Origin: Vulcanimicrobiota bacterium
GTDB taxonomy: Bacteria > Vulcanimicrobiota > Vulcanimicrobiia > Vulcanimicrobiales > Vulcanimicrobiaceae
Assembly: GCA_963795855.1 (NCBI GenBank)
Contig: CAWCIZ010000003.1
Location: 416,001 to 480,000 of the forward strand
DNA length: 64,000 bases
Direction: 5' to 3'
Shown: piece by piece, positions 49,806-60,284 of the stretch
Numbering within the stretch: the first letter of the stretch is position 1
Layout of the letters: every line of letters begins with the position of its first letter
Made by a program: the position numbers and the translations under genes
Notes under the pieces: generated by a model
Seen by the model: the letters and a program-made list of their open reading frames with translations, nothing else
Database searches by the model: none
Told to the model about the DNA's origin: nothing

Positions 49806-50996
49806 CTAGTGCAGGTATGCGGCGGGATCGACGGGTTTGCCGTGGATGCGCACCTCGAAGTGTAGATGCGGACCCGTAGAGGCGCCTGTGGAACCGACCG
49901 CGCCGATTGCTTGGCCCCTCTGCACCTGCTGGCCGCTCGACACGAAGATCTGCGAGAGATGGCCGTATCCGGTCGCCATCCCGCCGCCATGGTCGATGAG
50001 GATGTAGTTTCCGTAGCCTCCGTACCAGCCGGCGGAAATAATCGTGCCGGATGAGGCTGCGGTGACCGTCGTGCCCATCGGCGCAGCAATGTCGAGGCCT
50101 TGATGGAACTCCATGCCGCCTCCGAAGGGATTGCGGCGATACCCAAACGGAGAGGTAATGGTGCCCGAGACCGGCCAGGCCAGCGCCCCGGGGGCGCTGG
50201 TGGTGCCGACGATGCCGGCGGCGCGCCGCCGCGCTTCCTCTTCGGCTTCGATCTCGCGCTGCCGCTCGACGATCAACGCCTCGAGCTGCGCTTCTTCACT
50301 GGCCGAGAGATCTTCGATCTCGGCAACTTCGCCCGCGACGTGCCGGCGCTGCGCGTCCGCGACGGCGACGAGATTCGCGCGTTCTTCCGCGAGCGTGTCC
50401 AGCTGATTTTTCGCGCGCTGCTGCGCCGCTTCTTGGCTTTGCAGCGTCGCCTGCGTGGACTGCAGATCGTCCTGCGCGGACGCGACCTTCGCTTCCGCGG
50501 TCTTGCGCGCGCGCACGGCGCGTTCGTTGGCCGCGATCAGCAGGCGCAGGTCTTCCCAACGTTCGACGAAATCCGTGAACGATTTTGACGCCAGCAGGAC
50601 GCTGAAATAGCCCATGTCTCCGTGTTCGTACACGTCGACGAGCCGGCGTTTGAGGAGATCGTCGTGGAGTTTGAGCGTCGTCTGCGCCGCCGTGAGCTGA
50701 ATGGTGTTCCACCAAAGCTTGCGCTGCGTGCTGCTTTCTTGCGTTGCGAGATCGTCGAGCCTCGCGCTCACGCCGGATATTGCCGCGTTCGTTTCATCCA
50801 GCTGCGCCTGCAAACCGGTAACGCGTACCGTGGCCGCGTGCAATTCGCCGCGCTTTTGGTGCAGCTGCTCGTGCAATTGCGCGGTTTTCCGGCGCTGTGC
50901 TTCGATGCGCGCGTTCAGGCTGGAAGGCATCGCCGTTGCGGGAAAGACCGTCGTCAGAAGCAGCGCCGCGAGGGCGCACCGAAAGCTCGCGTTCAT
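49806..50996 (-). CDS. Coiled-coil M23 peptidase (EnvC/CwlO-like partner of FtsEX)
   Basis: Signal peptide, long coiled coil, [19 protein letters not shown] (zinc ligands intact). Confidence 0.9.
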   Translation of the reverse strand: MNASFRCALAALLLTTVFPATAMPSSLNARIEAQRRKTAQLHEQLHQKRGELHAATVRVTGLQAQLDETNAAISGVSARLDDLATQESSTQRKLWWNTIQLTAAQTTLKLHDDLLKRRLVDVYEHGDMGYFSVLLASKSFTDFVERWEDLRLLIAANERAVRARKTAEAKVASAQDDLQSTQATLQSQEAAQQRAKNQLDTLAEERANLVAVADAQRRHVAGEVAEIEDLSASEEAQLEALIVERQREIEAEEEARRRAAGIVGTTSAPGALAWPVSGTITSPFGYRRNPFGGGMEFHQGLDIAAPMGTTVTAASSGTIISAGWYGGYGNYILIDHGGGMATGYGHLSQIFVSSGQQVQRGQAIGAVGSTGASTGPHLHFEVRIHGKPVDPAAYLH

Positions 50997-51943
50997 TTTC
51001 TGCGTTTGTCCTTTACGTAAACGGAACCGCCGATCGACTTGGCGTAACGCTTGAGTTCGGCGGCGGATTCGCCGATCTGCGCGTAATTTTCGAGTTTGCG
51101 CTGGTCGTTCGAGACGATTGCGACCGAAAGCGACATGATCGGATACCGGTTGAGCGTGCCGCGCCGGTCTCGAGTTTCGATGAACCCTTGACGCAAGTCT
51201 TGCACCTTGTACAGCTTTCGGATGTCCCGATCGAACGTGTCGATGATCTCGCGCGCGATCTCTTCCGCGCGTTCGGGCAGCGTCACGATGATGAAATCGT
51301 CGCCGCCGATGTGGCCGACGAAGTCTTGCGTGGTCCCGCGCCGGCGGACGGCGTCGACTCCGCTGGAGGCGACGAGTTGAATGGCTTCGTCGCCGTGCGT
51401 GAAGCCGTACACGTCATTGAACGCTTTGAAATTATCCAGATCGAGATAGAGGACCGCGAAAGGCTCCTGGTCGTCGATGCGGCGCCGCAACTCCGCTTCG
51501 ATCGCGAGATTGCCCGGCAAACGAGTGAGCGGCGAAAGCGAAGAGTCCACTTCGACGCGGCGGATCTTCGTCCTGACCCGCGCGAGCAGCTCTTGCGGAC
51601 CGAAGGGCTTGGTGATGTAGTCGTCCGCCCCCGCGTCGAAGCCGGCAAGTTTGTCTTCGACTTCGGATTTTGCCGTCAGCATGATGATAGGAACGTGCGT
51701 GTTCGACGGATGGCGGCGAACCCGGCGCGCCACTTCGTAGCCGTCCATCGACCGGCATCATGACGTCGAGCACGATGAGATCGGGCTGCATCGAATCCAA
51801 GAATCCGCAGCGCTTCGTCGCCGTTCGCCGCGGTCGTGACGTCGTAACCTGCGAGGCTCGAGATTGGTTTGGATGATCTTGCGCAGATTGCGATCGTCGT
51901 CTACGACCAGAATGCGTTTGCTGGCCTCGTCGAAGGGGTTCAC
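50993..51943 (-). CDS. Response regulator with a GGDEF domain (frameshifts at about 51750-51855)
   Basis: [47 protein letters not shown]. Confidence 0.88.
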
Positions 51944-52927
51944 CGGACGGGAAGCCTCAACGTGAACGTCGTGCCGCCGGCGACCTCGCTGCGCACGTCG
52001 ATCGTTCCGCCGTGCGCGCGCACGAGCGCGTGAACGATGTAGAGCCCGATGCCGCTTCCGCCGATTTTCGCCGCGCTTTGCGCTTCCGCGCGGTAAAAGC
52101 GATCGAAGATGTACGGAACGTCCGCCTCGGCGATTCCGATGCCGCGATCGCGAATGGTCACCGTGGTCTGCTCGCCGTTTGCAGACGCGGTGACGTCTAC
52201 GTCGCCGCCGCCCGGCGAATATTTGAACGCATTTTCGAGCAGGTTGCGAAAGATGTCTTGCAATCGCTCCGGATCTCCCGACACCGTAACGCCGTCGCAC
52301 CGGCGGCGGACCGGGTGCAGCACCGGATCGTGGTGCAGTTCGTGCAGCGCGCCGCCGATCAGCGCGTCGACCGAAACCGTCGTGCGACGCCGCAGCATCT
52401 GCCCCGAGTCGACGCGCGTGACGAGAAGCATGTCGTCGACGAGCCGCGAGAGCCGGTCGGCTTGCTGCTCCACAACGCCGAGAAATTCGTTGCGTTGCGA
52501 TTCGTACAGCCGCGGGTTGGCGCGAAGCGTTGCCGTGTAGGCTTTGATCGCGGCAAGCGGCGTTTTGAGTTCGTGCGAAACCGTGCTCACCAGCTCGTTT
52601 TTGAGTTGTTCGATCTCTTCGACGCGATGCTTTGGAGCAAACGCGAGAAGCCAGCCTTCGATGGCGGCGCCGCGCTTGAGCGCAACCGAACGGGCATGCA
52701 CGCTTACGGCTTCGCCGGCGGAGTCACGCAGCGCGAGGGCGTGCGTCTGCGGACCATCGGCGTTCGTGCAGATCGCGGATGCATTGCTTTCGTGCAGAAG
52801 CGACTCGACGTCGGAGCCGATTACACTTTCGGCGGAGTGGCCGAGCAGCGTTTCGGCCGCCGCAGTAAAACCGCACGATGTGACGGCGCTCATCGAGCTG
52901 GACGACGCCGTCGGCCGCAATCTGCAT
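51940..52927 (-). CDS. Cytoplasmic PAS histidine kinase (frameshift near 52868; start approximate)
   Basis: VSHELKTPL, NLLENAFKYS, DRGIGI, FDRFYR, GSGIGL; no TM segment. Confidence 0.88.
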
Positions 52928-52980
52928 AACCGCGGCCAAGACCGCCTTGAGTGCGAGCAGTTCGTCGAGGAGATCGCGGT

Positions 52981-53866
52981 TTACGTCCGCAGATAACGTC
53001 CGACTGCTATCCACGAAGCGACGACGCCCACTGCTGCTCCCACACCGAACAGCTGCAGAACGAGCGGCACCGCGTCCACATGTGCGCCGCTCGAGTTGCA
53101 GCCACGGCAGTGCGAGCGCCAGCTTCGGCACGAGCATGCCGCGCGCCACCGCGAGAACCCCGACCGCGAGCAATGCGCCGAGCACGCCGTCGATGAGGCC
53201 TTCGCAAATGAACGGCAAGCGGATGTACATGTTCGTGGCGCCGACGAGCTGCATGATCGAGATTTCGCGGCGGCGGGCGAACACCGTCAGACGGATCGTG
53301 TTGGAAATGATGATGCCGGCAACGACGATGAAGAGCGCAATCAGCGCGATGCCGACGCGGCGCGCGACACCCGCGAGCTGAAGCAGCCGCTGCACGACGT
53401 CTTGGCCGTAATCGACGCTTTGAACGTTCTGCAGTTTGCGGATCGCGGCAGCGACCGCGGGCACTTCTTCGGGTTGCCGCACGCGAACGCGGAACTTATC
53501 CGGCAGCGGATTTTCGGTGAGGATCGACGTGTCGATCTGCCCTTTCATCCGGTCGCGCAGTTCGTGCAGGCCTTCGTTCTTCGGAACGAATGCCGTGGAC
53601 AGGATGCGGTCGTCTTTCGCGAGCGCGGTGCGGACGCCGTCCATCTTGCGCGCGCGTTGCGTCGCGGCTGCATGTAGACCGAGATCGTGATTTGGCTCAT
53701 GACGTCGCTGGCCAAGTGCGCGATGCTCGTCCGCGCGTACAGAAAAACGCCCGAGCAGAACGATCGTCACGGCGACCGTGCCGATTGCCGTCGCCTGCAT
53801 TCCGGCGTTACGAGTGAAGTTGCGAAAAACTTCACCCAGAAAGAATTTGATCTTGCCCCAGTCCAA
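52981..53866 (-). CDS. ftsX: Cell division permease FtsX (several frameshifts)
   Basis: [37 protein letters not shown]; follows ftsE. Confidence 0.92.
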
Positions 53867-54546
53867 GGAAGTAATACCCTCGCTCTTCGTCGGTGACGAT
53901 GCGGCCGTTCTCCAGACGAACGACGCGGCGGCGCATGCGATCGACGACCGCTTGATTGTGCGTGGCGACGACGACCGTCGTGCCTTTGAGGTTGATGCGG
54001 CCCAGCAATTCCATGATGTCGGTCGTGTTGGCCGGGTCGAGGTTGCCGGTCGGCTCGTCGCAGAGCAGCAATTTCGGATTGTTGACGAGCGCCCGCGCGA
54101 TTGCCGTGCGCTGCTGCTCGCCGCCGGAAAGTTCGTCCCGGATACATCCGGCTCTTGTGGCGAGAGCCCGACCAAATCCAGGCAACGCGGGACCTGCCGC
54201 ATCACGTCGCTTGCGTGTGCGCGCCCGTCACTTGCAGCGCGAATGCCACGTTTTCCCACACCGTTTTGTCGGTGAGAAGTTTGAAATCTTGGAATACCAC
54301 GCCCAGATGCCGGCGAAGCGTCGGAATGCGACTGCGCCGCAGCCGGTCTACGCGGATGCCGTCGACGGTGATTTCACCGCTGGACGGAACCATTTCGCGA
54401 TAGAGCAGCCGCAGGAGGCTGGATTTTCCGGTTCCGGAGTGCCCGACGAGGAAGACGAAGTCGCCTTTACCGATCTCGAGATCGATGCCGTCGAGGGCGC
54501 GCACTCCGTTCGGATACACGAGAGAGACGCCGCGTAATGAGATCAT
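53832..54546 (-). CDS. ftsE: Cell division ATPase FtsE (frameshifts at about 54130-54215)
   Basis: [43 protein letters not shown]. Confidence 0.93.
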
Positions 54547-54595
54547 CGCTGCAAAAGGGTTTTTCAGAGCGCCCGTACGGATACCTCTGCCAATT

Positions 54596-55745
54596 ATGAA
54601 TTTTGACTTAACCGACGAACAGAAGGCCATCCGCGGGACCGTCCGAGAGTTCGCAGTGGAGCGCGTTGCACCGCGGGCCGAAGAAATGGACCGCGAGGAA
54701 GCGTTTCCATACGATCTCGTTACAGAGATGGCGGAACTCGGCCTGATGGGTCTGCCCTTTCCCGGAAGAATACGGCGGCGCCGGCGCCGACACGGTGAGT
54801 TACGCGCTCGCCGTGATGGAACTTGCGCGCGTCGACGCGTCCACCGCGATTACGATGGCCGCGCACGTTTCCTTGGGAGCAACCCCATTTTATCTTTTCG
54901 GCACGGAAGCGCAGAAACAGAAGTACCTCGTGCCGCTCGCTCAAGGAAAAATGCTCTGGGGCTTCGGCCTGACCGAGCCCAACGCGGGCAGCGACGCCGG
55001 CAACACGCAGACGAAGGCGCTGCTCAAAGACGGCAAGTGGGTCGTCAACGGCACGAAGGCGTTCATCACCAACAGCGGTACGGACATCACCGGCGGAACG
55101 ACGATCACCGCGGTGACGGGCAGCCGCGACGGCGGCAAAGCGGAGATCTCGAATCTGATCGTCGAGCAGAACACGCCCGGCTTTGCGCGCAGTAAGAAGT
55201 ACAGGAAGATGGGCTGGCGCGCTTCCGACACCCGCGAGCTTTCCTTTGTAGACGCGCAAGTGCCCGAAGAGAACGTGCTCGGCAAGCGCGGCGACGGCCT
55301 GAAAAATTTCCTCACTATCCTCGACGGCGGACGCATCTCCGTTGCGGCGCTCTCCGTGGGGCTTGCCCGTGGGGCGTACGACGAAGCGCTCAAATATGCG
55401 AAAGAACGATCGGCGTTCGGCCGCTCGATAAGCAAGTTCCAAGCGATTCAATTCAAACTCGTCGACATGCTCACCGAAATCGAGCACGCCGAGCTGATGG
55501 TGCTCAAGGCCGCCTGGGAGAAAGATGAAAAGCGCGAATTCGCGCAAACCGCGAGTTACGCCAAACTCTTCGCCGCCGAACTCTCGCATCGCGTCGTCAA
55601 CGAAGCGGTGCAAATTCACGGCGGCTACGGCTTCATGGACGAGTATCCGGTATCGCGCATGTACCGCGATCAGAAGATCAACGAGATCGGCGAGGGCACG
55701 AACGAAGTGCAACGCCTCGTGATTGCGCGGATGATGGGATTGTAG
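54596..55745 (+). CDS. Acyl-CoA dehydrogenase (frameshift near 54762)
   Basis: LTEPNAGSD, NGTKAFITN, KMGWRASDT, QIHGGYG, IGEGTNEVQR. Confidence 0.95.
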
Positions 55746-56030
55746 ACTCGTTTACATTTTGTTTGCAGAGTTTGATTGTCCGCTGCGGCCCTCGCAGTTT
55801 GCACGAAAAACGTAAACGAGTGCTTGTAGTGGCGAACTGTAGCCGCCATTGGGACACATCGCCTTATAGGCGCGGGGTGCGTCCCGTTCGGCGAACTGCG
55901 ACATTTTCGGACAAAACAGGACGTTTTCTACAAAACTTCGTTCTTCTGAAAATGCGCAGTAGCGGTGAGTTTTCCATGGACGGAAAACTCACCAGCGGTC
56001 GCCGAACGGGACGCACCTCGTACCTATAAG
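55746..56030 (+). other. Highly structured intergenic element (candidate ncRNA or palindromic non-autonomous element)
   Basis: Nested inverted repeats: 55746-55767/55800-55821, 55863-55894/55999-56030, 55895-55911/55945-55960, 55964-55975/55982-55993. Confidence 0.7.
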
Positions 56031-56051
56031 CGCCATATCTTCCGTGTTCCG

Positions 56052-56783
56052 CTACGCTTGCACGACCGTCGCCCAGCCGGAGTATAAACCGCCGAACTCC
56101 TCCGCGAGCGTCGTAAGCGCGGTGCGCATTTCGGTGATTTTGAACGGGTCGATCGTGTCGTTCTTGCTGCATCGCACGGCGTTGACCGCATCGTCTATCG
56201 CAATGTCGTATCCGTGATCCGCCATGGCTCGAGCGAACGTATCGCGTTTTTCCGCGTCGTCGAACCGGATCGTGTGTTCGATCGGGCGCGCGCGTTCGAA
56301 GTCGTCGCCGGCGTCGAGCAGCGCTTGCAGCGCCTTCATGTCGTTTGCGAACGCCAGCTGATGTTCGTCGGGATAAAGATACGCGCTGTAGATGCTCCAC
56401 GCGGGATCCGAAGCGGAAAGCGCGCGGTAGCGGTATTCCGCGTGAAAGCCCATCACTTCCGCAACGATCTCCGAAGCGTCGTCCACCGGCGGGCCGTAAT
56501 AGTGAAAAGTGCGCATGCCGCGGCCGGTGACGCGCCCGACTTCGATGACGCCGCGCGGCCGGAACGCAGCAGCCAATTCTTCTTCGATATTTTGCAACGC
56601 GCGGTACTCGTTTTCGCCGGTCATGCCGTGTTCGTCCGGCTCGCGTAGCGCGACGGCGACAGTGTAGGCAGAGGGCTTCTCCGGCATCGGCGCTTGCGTT
56701 TTCAGCGCCAAATCCACCGCAATCGAGATCGGCGAGCCCTCCATGCGGGCGAAATAGGACGACCAGTCAGCCATGCGAGTCAT
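56052..56783 (-). CDS. DUF695 domain + RraB-like C-terminal domain protein
   Basis: W..Y...G.P.SI.VD, GR.T.RG.R.F.YY, DP.W..Y..YLYP, R.IEH, YSGW. Confidence 0.7.
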   Translation of the reverse strand: MTRMADWSSYFARMEGSPISIAVDLALKTQAPMPEKPSAYTVAVALREPDEHGMTGENEYRALQNIEEELAAAFRPRGVIEVGRVTGRGMRTFHYYGPPVDDASEIVAEVMGFHAEYRYRALSASDPAWSIYSAYLYPDEHQLAFANDMKALQALLDAGDDFERARPIEHTIRFDDAEKRDTFARAMADHGYDIAIDDAVNAVRCSKNDTIDPFKITEMRTALTTLAEEFGGLYSGWATVVQA

Positions 56784-56854
56784 GTTCCCCGAAGGAAGCA
56801 CCGGTGCTTGCGGGAAGGCTCCGGTGCCGGGAACGTGCCCCGCAGGAGCATTCC

Positions 56855-57394
56855 ATGTATCGTCGTTTTCTTGTAACCGTCGTTTTGGCGGCCGCGGCCG
56901 CGGCGCCGGCGCTCGCGAGTTTGACCGTAGGCGCGACCGCGCCGAACTTCAGCGCTCAGGCGTCGCTCGGCGGGAAAGTGTTTACGTTCAATCTCGCCGA
57001 CGCCCTCAAGCAGGGCCCCGTCGTTCTCTATTTTTACCCCGCGGCATTCACGAAGGGCTGCACGATCGAAGCGCACACGTTTGCCGACGCGATGCCGCAG
57101 TTCAAGGCGCTGCACGCAACCGTAATCGGCGTTTCGCACGACACGATCGACACGCTCAACAAATTCTCGGTGAGCGAATGCCGAAGCAAATTCGCAGTTG
57201 CCGCGGATCCTTCGTTGACTGTCGCCAAACAGTACGACGCGGTACTGCCGCAGGCGCCGACCTACGCGAATCGCACTTCTTACGTGATCGCGCCGGACGG
57301 AAAAATTCTGGCCACGCTTACGGATCTGATGCATCCGCAGCAGCACGTGCAAAGCGCGCTGGCCGCGCTCAAGCAGTACGAGAGTCGTCGGTAA
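56855..57394 (+). CDS. Exported peroxiredoxin (BCP/PrxQ type)
   Basis: Signal peptide, LYFYPAAFTKGCTIEA, GVS.D, RTSYVI. Confidence 0.9.
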   Translation: MYRRFLVTVVLAAAAAAPALASLTVGATAPNFSAQASLGGKVFTFNLADALKQGPVVLYFYPAAFTKGCTIEAHTFADAMPQFKALHATVIGVSHDTIDTLNKFSVSECRSKFAVAADPSLTVAKQYDAVLPQAPTYANRTSYVIAPDGKILATLTDLMHPQQHVQSALAALKQYESRR

Positions 57395-58559
57395 ACAGTT
57401 TGGTTTGACGTCCGCGCGGTTTTGCCGGCTCCGCATCGAGCGCGGTGATTTCGCGTGCCGCCGTTTCGATTGCGGTCAGCTCGGGGAGTTCCGCGTCGGG
57501 CAGTGAGGCCAGCTCTTTGATCTTCCGCCCTTGCGGCAAGATGCGGCTTTCCATCGAGCCGACGGCTTTGTTGTACGCTTCGGTCGCCTTCTGCAAACTC
57601 GAACCAATCGTCGCGAAATGCGCGACGAACGCACGCATGCGGTCGTAGAGCACGCGCGCCGCCTCCGCTATTTTCTTTGCGTTCTCTTCCTGCTGGCGGT
57701 GCTGCCAGCCTAGTGCGTAGGAACGCAGCAGCGCCATGAGCGTGAGCGGGCTTGCGATGTAGACGTTTTTGCCGGCTCCATATTCGACCAAGTCCGGATT
57801 CTCGGTGCACGCGGCGCTCAGAAACGCTTCCCCGGGAACGAACATGACGACGAAATCCGCCGAGCCGTCGACCCGCTGATAGTTGCGTCTCGCGAGCAGA
57901 TCGACGTGGTTTTTGAAGGCGGCGGCGTGTCCGCGCATCTTGTCGCGGCGGCCCGATTCCTCGGGAGCTTCCACTGCGTCGAGATACGCATTGAGCGGAA
58001 CTTTCGCGTCCACGAAGATCATGGAATTTCCGGGCAGCGCGACCGTCATGTCCGGGCGCCCGCGCTCCTCGCCCACGTCGAACGTCTGCTGCTCGGTGTA
58101 ATCGCAGTAGGCTTCCATGCCTGCGAGTTCCACGACGCGGCGCAGCTGCATTTCGCCCCATTTGCCTCGCGTCGTCGGATTGCGCAGAGCGGATGCGAGC
58201 TGTGAAGCCGCCGTTTCCATCTTTCCGCTGCGCTCGATGAGGCCGGCGATTTGCTCGCGCAGCCCTTCATATGCGCCGATGCGGTCTTTCTCGATGGATT
58301 TGACGAGCGCGTCGAATTCGGAAAGTTTCTGCTGGACGGGCGCGACGACGGCGGTGAACCGTTCGTTCGCGAGCGTCAGAAACGTGTCGCGCTGATTCTC
58401 CGCGATGCGCGCGCTCGTTTCATGGAGGTCGTTCTTGAGGCGTTCCGCAAGCGTTTCCACGTTCGTACGCTGCAGCGCGCGCAGCAGCACCCACATGACG
58501 GCAGCGCCGAAAGCCAGACCGGCGAGCAAGGCCAGAAGCGTCGAAAGCGAGAGCGTCAC
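57369..58559 (-). CDS. rmuC: DNA recombination protein RmuC
   Basis: N-terminal TM, RGKWGEMQL, RPD, VDAKVP, FVPGE, SPLTL.ALL. Confidence 0.92.
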   Translation of the reverse strand: MTLSLSTLLALLAGLAFGAAVMWVLLRALQRTNVETLAERLKNDLHETSARIAENQRDTFLTLANERFTAVVAPVQQKLSEFDALVKSIEKDRIGAYEGLREQIAGLIERSGKMETAASQLASALRNPTTRGKWGEMQLRRVVELAGMEAYCDYTEQQTFDVGEERGRPDMTVALPGNSMIFVDAKVPLNAYLDAVEAPEESGRRDKMRGHAAAFKNHVDLLARRNYQRVDGSADFVVMFVPGEAFLSAACTENPDLVEYGAGKNVYIASPLTLMALLRSYALGWQHRQQEENAKKIAEAARVLYDRMRAFVAHFATIGSSLQKATEAYNKAVGSMESRILPQGRKIKELASLPDAELPELTAIETAAREITALDAEPAKPRGRQTKLFTDDSRTA

Positions 58560-58758
58560 TCCAATGGTATTCGCTTCAACTCTTCAAATACTTGGCGAGA
58601 AAGGCCACCGTCCCGTTTTGCAGGCCGGACCGCGGGGTATGCGAAGCTTGCACCAGCTCGTTAAGGTATCGTCGCAGCAATCGTACGCGTCGAACCTTGG
58701 CGATTCTCGCGCGCGCGGCCGGCGCAGAACGCGCATGCAGACTATGTAGGAGGAAGTA

Positions 58759-59475
58759 ATGAATCGCGGATCCTTCATCGCCTCGTCCGCTTCGCTCGCG
58801 GCGCTCGCAACCGCGAGCGGGACTGCAGCGGCGCAATCCGTCCCGGGAGGCAGCCATTTCGTCGAACGCGCCTCGGACTTCGATATGGCCGCGTTTCACA
58901 GCCTCGTCGGAAAACCGGCCGACGTGCGCATCGTCATCGAAGCCGTGTCATGGCATGCGGCGCTGCTCAACAACGTCAAAAACCTGCTGAACGGGCTGCA
59001 ATTCGGTTACGGCGTCTCACCCGCCAGAATGGCGGTCGCGATCGCCCCGCACGGCGCGGCCAGCGCTCTGACGTACGGCGACTACGTTTGGAGCAAGTAC
59101 AAAATCGGCGACTATTTCAAGTATCAGACGGCCGCGGGCGCCCCGATTACCTCGAACGCGTTCCTGACGCCGGCGAAAGCCCTGGGTCCTTCCACCGATC
59201 CGGACGATGAAAACGGCATGTACCAGGATACGTCGATTCAAACGCTGATGAAACGCGGCGTGATTTTTCTCACCTGCCACACCGCGGTCGAAGAACAGTC
59301 GCGCGGCTTGGTGAAAGCCGGAAACGCGCCGGCTGGCATGACCCCATCGCAAGTAGCGGACGACATTTTGACGCATCTGATCCCCGGAACGCACGTAGTG
59401 CCGAGCATGGTCGCGACGATCGCCGTCCTGCAGCAGCACTTCCACTATGGCTACATGACGATCGACTTCACCTAA
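58759..59475 (+). CDS. Exported DsrE-like protein with a Tat-like signal
   Basis: NRGSFI..AAA signal; N..N, HG.A, L.KRGV.FL.CHTA, VPSMV; GGAGG RBS. Confidence 0.65.
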   Translation: MNRGSFIASSASLAALATASGTAAAQSVPGGSHFVERASDFDMAAFHSLVGKPADVRIVIEAVSWHAALLNNVKNLLNGLQFGYGVSPARMAVAIAPHGAASALTYGDYVWSKYKIGDYFKYQTAAGAPITSNAFLTPAKALGPSTDPDDENGMYQDTSIQTLMKRGVIFLTCHTAVEEQSRGLVKAGNAPAGMTPSQVADDILTHLIPGTHVVPSMVATIAVLQQHFHYGYMTIDFT

Positions 59476-60281
59476 TGCGAACCTCGGCGCTCCTCGCTGC
59501 GGCGATCTTCTGTTTGGCGTTGGCCGCTTGCGGCGGCAACGGGTCTTCGCAGGCTCCGCCCGCGGCGCAGGCAACTTTCGATCCGCAAGCCGTGCCAAGC
59601 GATCGCGTCGGCGACCTCGTGCGCTACGGGCACGAACTCATCGTCAACACGCGCGCGCATCTCAAACCGTACGTCACCGCAAATATGGATTGCGCGGCTT
59701 GTCACGTGAACGGCGGAACGAAGGCGCGCGGCGGATCGTTCGTCGGCATCGCCGCGCAATTTCCGCAGTGGAATACGCGCGCCAAGCGCGTCATCTCGCT
59801 GCAGGACCGGCTGGCGGAGTGTTTCCTGTACAGCATGAACGGGCATCCACCGCCGTTTTACAGCCGGGAGATGGAAGCGATGGTTGCGTACGTCACCTAT
59901 CTCTCCCGCGGCGCGAAAATCGGCAGCAAACCGGACCCCGCGGTGCGGTTAGCGAAAATCACAGCACCGCGAGCCCCGAATCCCGTGCGCGGCGCGCAAC
60001 TATTCTCACAAAAGTGTTCGTCGTGTCACGGAGCGAACAGCGCCGGCTCCGCGGCGTTTCCGCCGTTATGGGGAAAGACGTCGTTCAACAACGGCGCGGG
60101 CATGCATCGCGTGACGACGATGGCGGGGTTCGTGCGGTACAACATGCCGCAAAATGCGCCGGGAACGCTCACGGATCAACAGGCGTATGACGTTTCGGCC
60201 TACGTGCTTTCGCATTCGCGTCCGAAATTCGACAAGCAGCGCGCCGTCGCGTTTCCGGCCACAAACGCGGGATACTTTTAG
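59475..60281 (+). CDS. tsdA: Diheme cytochrome c, thiosulfate dehydrogenase TsdA-like lipoprotein
   Basis: Lipobox LAAC; CAACH and CSSCH; RLAECFLYSMNG active-site Cys; PPLWG..SFN.GAGM; NMP. Confidence 0.82.
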   Translation: MRTSALLAAAIFCLALAACGGNGSSQAPPAAQATFDPQAVPSDRVGDLVRYGHELIVNTRAHLKPYVTANMDCAACHVNGGTKARGGSFVGIAAQFPQWNTRAKRVISLQDRLAECFLYSMNGHPPPFYSREMEAMVAYVTYLSRGAKIGSKPDPAVRLAKITAPRAPNPVRGAQLFSQKCSSCHGANSAGSAAFPPLWGKTSFNNGAGMHRVTTMAGFVRYNMPQNAPGTLTDQQAYDVSAYVLSHSRPKFDKQRAVAFPATNAGYF

Positions 60282-60284
60282 CGC

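Noticed and set aside
52724..54259. ORF joining FtsX to the kinase N-terminus
   Set aside because: FtsX has its own end (…GRYLRT stop at 52981) in another frame; the join comes from indels.
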